From a virus (taxonomy: Duplodnaviria; Caudoviricetes), in the IMG/VR virus record IMGVR_UViG_2773857766_000004, positions 52,292 through 116,291 of that record: a stretch of 64,000 nucleotides of DNA; one strand, given 5' to 3'. The position numbers were made by a program, and so were the translations under genes. The notes beneath the pieces are model-generated. The model was not told where the DNA came from and searched no databases. It was given only the letters and a program-made list of their open reading frames with translations. Below are positions 42,468 through 49,344 of this stretch, in pieces; position 1 is the stretch's first letter, and each line of letters starts with the position of its first letter.

Positions 42468-43249
42468 GGCTTGGTGCCCTGGAATGCGTCCACGCGCTGC
42501 TGAGCGACGGCCTTGAGCGCACGGGTCCGCCGGCGGTCCTGCCACGCTCGCACCTTGAGGAGGCGCTGGGCCCGGGGCATGCCGCGGGTCAGCAGCGCGC
42601 GCAGCGTCTGCAGCTTCGCCAGCGCCTCCGCCTTCGCCGGGCTGTCGGCCTGCACGTCGGGCGCTGGCAATGCGAGCGCGGCGCGTGGCGCCGGCAGGGC
42701 CAGCTGCTCGCGCACATCGTCGGGCAGTGTCTCCAGCCCCCCGGGCAGGCGGCCGGCGGCGATGGCTTCCTGCACGGCCCGGGTGCGCCCCTCGGCGTCG
42801 TAGCCCAGGCTGACCTGCAACTGCGGCCGCCTGCGCGTGGCCCGGGCCTCGCCGGTGATGCGTGCGTACGCCTCCATGAAAGCCTGCCGCGCGCCGAACT
42901 TGTCGCCCGCGGCGAGCAGCGGCGCGGCCAGCCCCCAGGCCTCCGCGATTTCGTTGTTCCATACCACCGTGGCGCGTTCGTCCTGGCTATTCATGGCCAG
43001 GGCGTAGGCCTCGGCGGGCAGTAGGCGGCCCAGGGCGTGGTCCGCGTACTGCAGCACCGTGCCTGTCAGGATCGCGCCCTTGTGCTCGGCCCGGATGCGG
43101 GCCAGGGCCATCTGCAGCACCGGCTTGGGCAGGTGCGCCAGATCGTCCATCAGCAGGCTCAGCGCGGCGGGGCGAATGGCTTGGCCGGCCAGCTCCATGG
43201 TGGCGCCCAGCTCTTCGGCGAGCCAGTCGCGTGCGTCTTCGTCAAGCAT
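42464..43249 (-). CDS. Replication protein P-like / helicase loader
   Basis: Directly downstream of the initiator; GRLLPAEAYA..TVVW..ARQAFMEAY. Confidence 0.5.
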   Translation of the reverse strand: MLDEDARDWLAEELGATMELAGQAIRPAALSLLMDDLAHLPKPVLQMALARIRAEHKGAILTGTVLQYADHALGRLLPAEAYALAMNSQDERATVVWNNEIAEAWGLAAPLLAAGDKFGARQAFMEAYARITGEARATRRRPQLQVSLGYDAEGRTRAVQEAIAAGRLPGGLETLPDDVREQLALPAPRAALALPAPDVQADSPAKAEALAKLQTLRALLTRGMPRAQRLLKVRAWQDRRRTRALKAVAQQRVDAFQGTKP

Positions 43250-44477
43250 TGCAGCCCTCCCCGCTCTGAGCTGCGCGACGGGCGGCCCGCTCACGCGACA
43301 GGCGTTTCGCCTCCTCGATGGCGTCAGCGTTGGCGCTGGTCTTGTCGGCGGCCTGCGCAGCCGTGCCCGTCACCGCTTGGCCTCGAGCCCACTGCGTCCG
43401 ATAGCCCTCGGCCTGGTTCACCAGCACCCCCACGCTGTGCGAGTTCTTCACCACGAACGCCTCGTTCACGCTGGCGACGTACCACGCGGCCACCAGCGGC
43501 GCTTCGTCGTGGCCGAGCCTCTTCACCAGCGTCTTGACGTTCGCGTTGACCGGGGCATTGCGCACCGGCTTCACGCCGTAGCGGTGCTCGTAGGCCTCGG
43601 TGTATGCCGCCCACGTGGTCCGGCATGCCGCCTGCAGCGCCGTTTCCTCCTCGCCGCCAGCCCCGGCCGAGCCCGCCTGCCGGGCAGGCGGGGATGGTTC
43701 ATTGGTGGTTCTCTGGTGGTTCCTATTACGGTTCAATGATGGTTCGGGTGCGCCTGCTGCACCCTCAAAGCGCGCCATCTGCGGGTTAGTGGGTGCGCCT
43801 GCTGCACCCACAGGCGCGCCATCCGCACCAAGGGGTGCATTTGGCGCGGGTGCGGATTCTGCGGGTGCATGTGCTGCAGGTGCGCCATCTGCGGGTGCGC
43901 CATCTGCACCCATCAATTCGGCAGCACGACGGCCGCCATCGCCCGCAGCCACTCGCCGATTCATGCAGAGCGAGTCACGGATCGCTGCTTCCGTTTCGAG
44001 CACCTCGTACTCCGCCGCCTCTCGACGGGTGGGCAGCACAGCCAGCACCGTGCGCACGCAATCCGCCTTGTTCTTCTGGATCCAGACAGCCGCAGCCCCG
44101 GAGCCCCAGTAGTCGTCATCCTCTGGGAGGCATAGGCTGCTGCGCAGGCCGATGTAGAACCGGCCCGATGGCTTGTGCTCGATCCGATAGACGTAGTGGC
44201 TCGGCTTGGATGCCTTACCTGTGAAGGCTGACGGCGTCACCGTGTACATGGTGCTGCGCTGGCTGCGCCGCTCCCGGGTGATCGCACCGTGCTCCTCCAG
44301 CCACTTCAACGCCTCCTGCACCGCACGCGCCGATGCGCAGGTGCGCTCGGCAATCGTCTCCACCGCGGGCCAGCACACGCCCTGGTCGTTGGCTTGGTCC
44401 GCCAGCGAGATCAGCACGGCCTTCTGGGTCCCGCTCATTTGCAGCGGCCAGCAGGCCGCCATCACGATCGTGCTCAT
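43242..44477 (-). CDS. Replication initiator (HTH N-terminus) with internal GIY-YIG domain
   Basis: KAVLISLADQANDQGVCWPAVETIAERT; YVYRI..FYIG..YWGSG; contains iteron-like repeats. Confidence 0.8.
   Translation of the reverse strand: MSTIVMAACWPLQMSGTQKAVLISLADQANDQGVCWPAVETIAERTCASARAVQEALKWLEEHGAITRERRSQRSTMYTVTPSAFTGKASKPSHYVYRIEHKPSGRFYIGLRSSLCLPEDDDYWGSGAAAVWIQKNKADCVRTVLAVLPTRREAAEYEVLETEAAIRDSLCMNRRVAAGDGGRRAAELMGADGAPADGAPAAHAPAESAPAPNAPLGADGAPVGAAGAPTNPQMARFEGAAGAPEPSLNRNRNHQRTTNEPSPPARQAGSAGAGGEEETALQAACRTTWAAYTEAYEHRYGVKPVRNAPVNANVKTLVKRLGHDEAPLVAAWYVASVNEAFVVKNSHSVGVLVNQAEGYRTQWARGQAVTGTAAQAADKTSANADAIEEAKRLSRERAARRAAQSGEGCNA
43746..43910. repeat. Iteron-like repeats, putative replication origin
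   Basis: About eight copies of (G/A)GGTGC-N6-TGC, e.g. GGGTGCGCCTGCTGCACC twice, inside the initiator gene next to a less GC-rich stretch. Confidence 0.7.
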
Positions 44478-45184
44478 TGGGACGCCGCCCCCTGCGCCTT
44501 CCGCGCCTGATGCCTGCCCCAAAGCCCCGCGACCCACTCCACGCCCTTCGGGGTGAACTTCGTGGTGTTGAAGGCGTGCTCGGTGGCCGTGGCCACGCCC
44601 GATCGCACGACGAAGCGCCCTGCGTCGATGTGGCTCTGGTAGGCGGTCCACTCCCCGCCCAGGCGGTACATGACCCTCTCTTCCTGGAGGAATGCGCGGA
44701 ACTCGTGTTCGTTGGCCCGCAGGAGCTTGGCAACCTGCCGGAAGCCCTTGGCGCCGTTCGCGGCCACGTACCGGTCAACGTACTCGACCTTCGGCGCTGC
44801 CTCCTCCAGTTGGGCCCTCTGCAGCTCGATCTGCTCCGCCTGGTCGGCGGCCAGGCGCAGGGCCTGCGCCATCGTGCGCGGAACCGCGGGGGCGGCCTGC
44901 GCCTCCAGCTCCTGCCAGCGCGCGACCACGCGGCGGCGCAGCGGCAGGCTGTAGCCCGACAGCAGCGTATAGGTCAGCTCCCGGCCGAGGTGGAACGCCG
45001 TGGTGTAGCCCCGGGCATCCTTGTCCTCCCGGACATGATCCAGTTCAGGATCATCCCGCAGGGCGTCCAGCATCGTGCGGATGTCGCGGTTGACGTGCGA
45101 CAGGTCTTTCCCGGTCAGCTCGGCGATCTCCCGGCTGCTCATGGTGAGGGGCATCGCCCCCGTGGTGGCGAGGATCGCGTTCAT
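44474..45184 (-). CDS. Rha/KilAC-domain antirepressor-like protein
   Basis: MSSREIAELTGK..V.RDI; PRTMAQALRLAADQ..PKVEYVD..TKFTPKGVEW. Confidence 0.82.
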   Translation of the reverse strand: MNAILATTGAMPLTMSSREIAELTGKDLSHVNRDIRTMLDALRDDPELDHVREDKDARGYTTAFHLGRELTYTLLSGYSLPLRRRVVARWQELEAQAAPAVPRTMAQALRLAADQAEQIELQRAQLEEAAPKVEYVDRYVAANGAKGFRQVAKLLRANEHEFRAFLQEERVMYRLGGEWTAYQSHIDAGRFVVRSGVATATEHAFNTTKFTPKGVEWVAGLWGRHQARKAQGAASQ

Positions 45185-45492
45185 TGCCCGGCGCCCTCCG
45201 ATTCGGGGACCCCGAACGGCCCTATGAGCTTCGCCAGCGCGTCGATACGCTTCGAGTCATGGCTGATCTTGTCTACCACCATTTGCCGGTACGTCTTGCC
45301 GTGCACCAGCGCGTAGATGCAGTCGCGCAGCACCCCGGCGGTGTCCAGCCCGCGCGAAGCACAGTGCTGCAGCCACAACTCGTGGGTCACTTCATCGATC
45401 TTGGTCTTGGCGTCGCAGGTCAGCTTGCCGAGGGGCCCGGCAATGCCTCGGGCGAACATGGGGTCGTCGTGGTCTTCTGGGGTCGTGCTCAT
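45181..45492 (-). CDS. Hypothetical regulatory protein (CII position)
   Basis: 103 aa downstream of cro; ATGA overlaps. Confidence 0.55.
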   Translation of the reverse strand: MSTTPEDHDDPMFARGIAGPLGKLTCDAKTKIDEVTHELWLQHCASRGLDTAGVLRDCIYALVHGKTYRQMVVDKISHDSKRIDALAKLIGPFGVPESEGAGQ

Positions 45493-45884
45493 GCGGCGGC
45501 CGGTGGTGGTTGTAGGGGTGGGCTGGGGGCCGTCTCCGTCACGGCCTTTTCATGCTTTACCGGCTTCAGGGCCATCAGCGCTTTGAGCTGTCGGAACTCT
45601 TCCGAGCAGAGCGCGAGAACCCTGTCGCCGGCTTCGATATGCACAGTTCCAGTTGAAAACTCGCTGAAGGTGATGGAGACGGGTCCGGGAACCGCGGGAC
45701 GCAGCGTTTCAACTGGGGCGGCCGGCGGACACACAGCGTCCTGCATAGCCGCCAGGACTGCGCCGGTGCGTTCAACCAGTTGCAACGACTCGCGCTGGCT
45801 TCGCGCTGCACGAGTAGGAGCACGCGCGCGCTGCATGCGCCCCCGCATCAGGAACCACGAGACGTGTGGCACGGGCTTAGCCAT
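45489..45884 (-). CDS. Hypothetical protein
   Basis: GGAGG RBS inside cro end; coupled. Confidence 0.45.
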   Translation of the reverse strand: MAKPVPHVSWFLMRGRMQRARAPTRAARSQRESLQLVERTGAVLAAMQDAVCPPAAPVETLRPAVPGPVSITFSEFSTGTVHIEAGDRVLALCSEEFRQLKALMALKPVKHEKAVTETAPSPPLQPPPAAA

Positions 45885-46146
45885 GGCTCACCTCCGTCTG
45901 GGAGGCGATCGGGGCACCCTGGCCGGCTGGCTCGGCACGGACCTGCTCCTTTGGGAGGGGCGCCTTGCGCATACTGGCGCGGTGCAGCTTGAGCAGCGCC
46001 TGCCCGAGCGCGAAGCGAGGCTCAGTGGTTTTCCCTGTGGCCAAGTCGCTGATCGTGGCCTGCGCACATCCGGCGGCACGGGCAACCTGGGGCTGAGTCC
46101 AGCCCCGGCGGGCCTGGATTTCTGCGATAACGGTGTTCCACTGCAT
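45877..46146 (-). CDS. cro: Cro-like HTH repressor
   Basis: GWTQPQVARAAGCAQATISDLATG; divergent from cI. Confidence 0.82.
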   Translation of the reverse strand: MQWNTVIAEIQARRGWTQPQVARAAGCAQATISDLATGKTTEPRFALGQALLKLHRASMRKAPLPKEQVRAEPAGQGAPIASQTEVSHG

Positions 46147-46153
46147 GGCGATG

Positions 46154-46212
46154 AAGATAACGTATTTCCGTTATTTTACCAACGGATTTCTGTTATCGGA
46201 ACTCCGTAGAGT
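46154..46212. promoter_or_regulatory. OR-like operators with PR/PRM-like promoters
   Basis: ATAACGT-ATTT-CCGTTAT (46157), CCAACGG-ATTT-CTGTTAT (46179), TTATCGG-AACT-CCGTAGA (46193); minus TTGGTA-N17-TATCTT; plus -10 TAGAGT. Confidence 0.8.
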
Positions 46213-46219
46213 GCGCGCC

Positions 46220-46882
46220 ATGGCAACCGAATACGGCTCTCGGCTCCGCGCCGCCCGCAACCACGCAGGCCTGTCTCAGGTCGAACTTTCCAAGATCACC
46301 GGCATCGCCCAGAGCACAATCTCGACAGCAGAGAGAACTGGCAATGGCTCGGCGGACACGCCGGTCTATGCCAGAGCGTGCGGGGTCGATGCGCACTGGC
46401 TTGCAACCGGCGAGGGTCAGATGCTCTCCCAGCCAGCTACGCCGACGAATGCCACTCCGTACGAGACAACCAAGGTGCGGCCGGTCTACGTGGTGGGCCG
46501 GGGAAATGGAGGAGCGATGCCGGAGAGACTATGGACCGATGGGGACTTCCCTGTGGGCGGTACGGACGAGTGCGCGGATGTTGCTACGAACGATCCGCGG
46601 GCCTTCCTGATCAGGGTGGAGGGGCCATCCATGGTCCCGCGCTACAACCCTGGTGAGTACGCCTTGGTCGAACCAGATACCGAGCCCGAAATCGAAGACG
46701 ATGTACTGGTGCGTCTTGTTGACGGACAGACGATCCTCAAGCGCCTGCTTTCACGTCGCGGAGGCTGGCGTCTCGGAAGCTACAACTCCATGGACGTGCT
46801 TTTCTACAGCTTTGAGGAAGTCACCTGGGTCTATTACGTGGCCCACCCTGTCCCCCGCCGAAAGATCAAAGCTCGGTGCTGA
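46220..46882 (+). CDS. cI: CI-like repressor (HTH + S24 peptidase)
   Basis: RLRAARNHAGLSQVELS..WLATGEG; VEGPSM and ILKRL catalytic Ser/Lys. Confidence 0.92.
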   Translation: MATEYGSRLRAARNHAGLSQVELSKITGIAQSTISTAERTGNGSADTPVYARACGVDAHWLATGEGQMLSQPATPTNATPYETTKVRPVYVVGRGNGGAMPERLWTDGDFPVGGTDECADVATNDPRAFLIRVEGPSMVPRYNPGEYALVEPDTEPEIEDDVLVRLVDGQTILKRLLSRRGGWRLGSYNSMDVLFYSFEEVTWVYYVAHPVPRRKIKARC

Positions 46883-46899
46883 TGCAGCACCCCCGCCTG

Positions 46900-46923
46900 A
46901 GCCCGCCGCGAGCGGGCTTTTTT
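46900..46923 (+). terminator. Intrinsic terminator after cI
   Basis: AGCCCGC-CGCGA-GCGGGCT-TTTTT. Confidence 0.75.
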
Positions 46924-47054
46924 ACGCCCGCCCTCCGCCTATCGGAACGCGCGAGCATTCCACGCTCCAGTTTTTGCAGCGCCCCAGCCAGTCGCGCCGT
47001 CGCGGCACCGGGATTCCGCCCCCTCATGTTAGGACGCCGACGATCGGCCTACCG

Positions 47055-47090
47055 TTTCCAATGCGGCGCAATAACTGTATATTTAAACAG
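47055..47090 (+). promoter_or_regulatory. LexA (SOS) box overlapping a sigma70-like promoter
   Basis: CTGTATATTTAAACAG (47075-47090) = CTG-N10-CAG; TTTCCA-N17-TATATT. Confidence 0.8.
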
Positions 47091-47518
47091 TGTTTGTGTA
47101 TGTCTATCCGCTCAGGAGCAATGGCCGCCGGGTGCTGGCTAGGGATCTGCTCGCACGCCAACCGATGCTCGGCTGGCTTGTGTACCAGCAGGTGCCCCTG
47201 GACGACTATGGCGTGAGGTGGGAGGCCCACCTTCTTGAGGACCGGGGCGGCAAACCTCTCCTGTTATCCCTTCAGTGGGCGCGCCTGCGCCGGGTCGATG
47301 GCGTGATGCACCTTGTAGGTCGGGAAGACTGCGGGCGGAGATCGAAAAAAGCGTCCCCCGTATGGCGGCCCCAATCCTGGATGTGTGCGTTTGATCCTAC
47401 CGATGCCCAACCGCTTTTGCAGCGCATGCAGGTCGCCGCAGCTGCGGCCCCCTACAACCCCTTTGAGGATGAGCGTGATGACCACATCGATCACTTGGAC
47501 TGGCAATCCGCCGGATGA
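47090..47518 (+). CDS. Hypothetical protein, putatively SOS-induced
   Basis: GTG start at the end of the LexA box; 142 aa. Confidence 0.6.
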   Translation: MFVYVYPLRSNGRRVLARDLLARQPMLGWLVYQQVPLDDYGVRWEAHLLEDRGGKPLLLSLQWARLRRVDGVMHLVGREDCGRRSKKASPVWRPQSWMCAFDPTDAQPLLQRMQVAAAAAPYNPFEDERDDHIDHLDWQSAG

Positions 47519-47711
47519 CCACCCCACCCTCCTCCACCTGCCGCCTTGGTTCGGAGTTCCCGAACAGGTCGTTCTTCCGCTGCCCGCGGATGCATACGAG
47601 GTGCGCGAAAGGCAGCGTGAATGGTTCGAGGTGCGCGTGCGAGCAACTGAACAACTCGTTTATTCCGGTCTGGGCCCTGTATCGATCGCGGTGTCGCCAG
47701 CGCCGTTCTAA
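47478..47711 (+). CDS. Hypothetical protein (start uncertain)
   Basis: Frame LLHLPPWFG...VYSGLGPVSIAVSPAPF looks more protein-like than the alternative 47515 frame. Confidence 0.35.
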   Translation: MTTSITWTGNPPDDHPTLLHLPPWFGVPEQVVLPLPADAYEVRERQREWFEVRVRATEQLVYSGLGPVSIAVSPAPF

Positions 47712-47736
47712 GTAGTAACACCTAGATACCAGCCAA

Positions 47737-47779
47737 ATAACGGATTTCCGTTGACACGAAATAACGGTTTTCTGATAAT
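47737..47779 (+). promoter_or_regulatory. OL-like operators and strong PL-like promoter
   Basis: TTGACA-N17-GATAAT (47751-47779) overlapped by ATAACGG-ATTT-CCGTTGA and ATAACGG-TTTT-CTGATAA, same consensus as OR. Confidence 0.88.
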
Positions 47780-48185
47780 TCCTCATCGCCCCGGACAACG
47801 GGAAGCGACGGGGCCAATCGATCGAGAGCAGCCCGACACGTTCACCCGCGGGCGGCAGCGGAATAGAAAAGGTCGCCAGTGCGAAGGCTAGTAGCGCTCT
47901 GCCCCCGGATGGGATAAGGCAACGCGAACGAGATATGGCGAAGGAAGGAAACGACCGGCTGCCGATGCACTGCGAAATCCATCCGCTGGGTTCGATACGG
48001 CGGTGCGGCATCACGGGAGGCCAAGAGCAAGAACGACCGGCGCGCGAGCGCTGACCACCTCGGGAAAGTAGCGAGGACCATCATCGAAGCGTGCGGCCCA
48101 GTGCCCCGTATGGGTGACACGCACCTGCAAAGGCAAAACCTGAGCCCTGCGTGCAGGGTTGAGGTTTTTTAACCAGGAGAGATAC

Positions 48186-48476
48186 ATGGAAGAGAACCAA
48201 ACGGAGCAAGCTCCTGCACCTGACTGGAAGCACATTGCCTTTCAGCTTGCGCAACGCGTGAACTTCGCGGTCACGAATTGCAAAGCTACCGGCGGCATGT
48301 ACAACACAAAGACTGGACAGATAACTAGCTGGCGTGAGTACATGGCAGAAGCCCTGGAGATGATCCCGGGAACGACCGTTGACAGGGAAATGCTGGCGAC
48401 GTACGAACTGCCGCCCGCAAAACGGCGGAAGGCCCAGAAGGAACTGCGCGAAGAGCGCAAGAAGTCTGAGGCCTAA
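48186..48476 (+). CDS. Hypothetical protein, first gene of PL operon
   Basis: AGGAG RBS, MEENQT; basic C-terminus. Confidence 0.6.
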   Translation: MEENQTEQAPAPDWKHIAFQLAQRVNFAVTNCKATGGMYNTKTGQITSWREYMAEALEMIPGTTVDREMLATYELPPAKRRKAQKELREERKKSEA

Positions 48477-48643
48477 CCACCCCGCTCTCTTTGGAGGGCA
48501 AAGACACAAGAGCCCTCACGTAGAGGGCGTTTCTGCTTTCCAGCCGCGCGCCCCGTCTCCTCCCCCTCCCTCTCTTCTTGGGGCGCATCCACGCGGCTTT
48601 TTCTTCCCCTCCCTCACCGGCCGGCAGCCGGCACTCGATCATC

Positions 48644-48877
48644 ATGAGCCCCAAAGAAATCCAGGTCGGAAAAACCTATGTGAACCGCGGTCAGGGCCGC
48701 ACGCGCCGCACGGTTATCGCCATCGGCCCGAAACATGTGCCGCGCTGCTGGCACGGCTGGACGAAGCCTCCAGCGGGCACACCGGGTGTGCTCTTCGAGC
48801 AGAACGGCCGGCGCGAAAACCTCTACCTCTCGAGCTTCGCTACCTGGGCTGGCGAGGAAGCCCCCAACGAGGGCTGA
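48644..48877 (+). CDS. Hypothetical protein
   Basis: MSPKEIQVGKTY...LSSFATWA; typical small phage early gene. Confidence 0.55.
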   Translation: MSPKEIQVGKTYVNRGQGRTRRTVIAIGPKHVPRCWHGWTKPPAGTPGVLFEQNGRRENLYLSSFATWAGEEAPNEG

Positions 48878-49027
48878 CACACATTTCCGGCGTCCTGCTC
48901 AGGGCCGCCTTTCACCGCGCCGGGGAGTTCTCCTCCTCCCTCCCTCTCTTCCCCCGGTACGCCCCGATGGGGCAGCGGTCTTTCTACAACCCCGGCCCCG
49001 CTCGGGGCCCCGTCTGCGGAGCCTCGC

Positions 49028-49246
49028 ATGCCTGACGATTTCGTGTTGCCCTACCGCGACCCGGAAGGGAAAAACTTCGTCCTCATCGGCCCGAGCTGCT
49101 TCGGTCCCGTGCCAACGTTCTTGCGGACCGTTGCCGATGTGCTCTGGACGCTCGAGCAGTACCGGGCTGACCGGTGCGACGGCGGCATCACTGCCTGGCA
49201 ACGCCTTTCGCCCATGGAACCGTGGCAGCCCATCACCGCGGCCTGA
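49028..49246 (+). CDS. Hypothetical protein
   Basis: GGAG RBS; 72 aa. Confidence 0.45.
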   Translation: MPDDFVLPYRDPEGKNFVLIGPSCFGPVPTFLRTVADVLWTLEQYRADRCDGGITAWQRLSPMEPWQPITAA

Positions 49247-49344
49247 CGCGGCCCACCACCTTCCCAGCCGGGCCGGGGGCTCTCCTCCCTCCCTCTCTCT
49301 CTTCCCCTTGCAGCCCTTCGGTGGGCATTTATTTCGCCTTGAAC

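Larger units (their letters stand above)
48542..49335 (+). repeat. Three intergenic hairpins with shared C/U-rich loop
   Basis: Core TCTCCTCC..CCCTCTCT..TTC at about 48556, 48929 and 49281, each enclosed by G/C stems. Confidence 0.7.

Noticed and set aside
43746-43910. Repeats as a CRISPR array
   Set aside because: About 15-bp degenerate units, mostly without spacers, inside a coding region; fit iterons; no cas genes
47960-48025. Possible tRNA (GGTTCGATA T-loop-like sequence)
   Set aside because: Could not build acceptor, D and anticodon arms; treated as part of the structured leader
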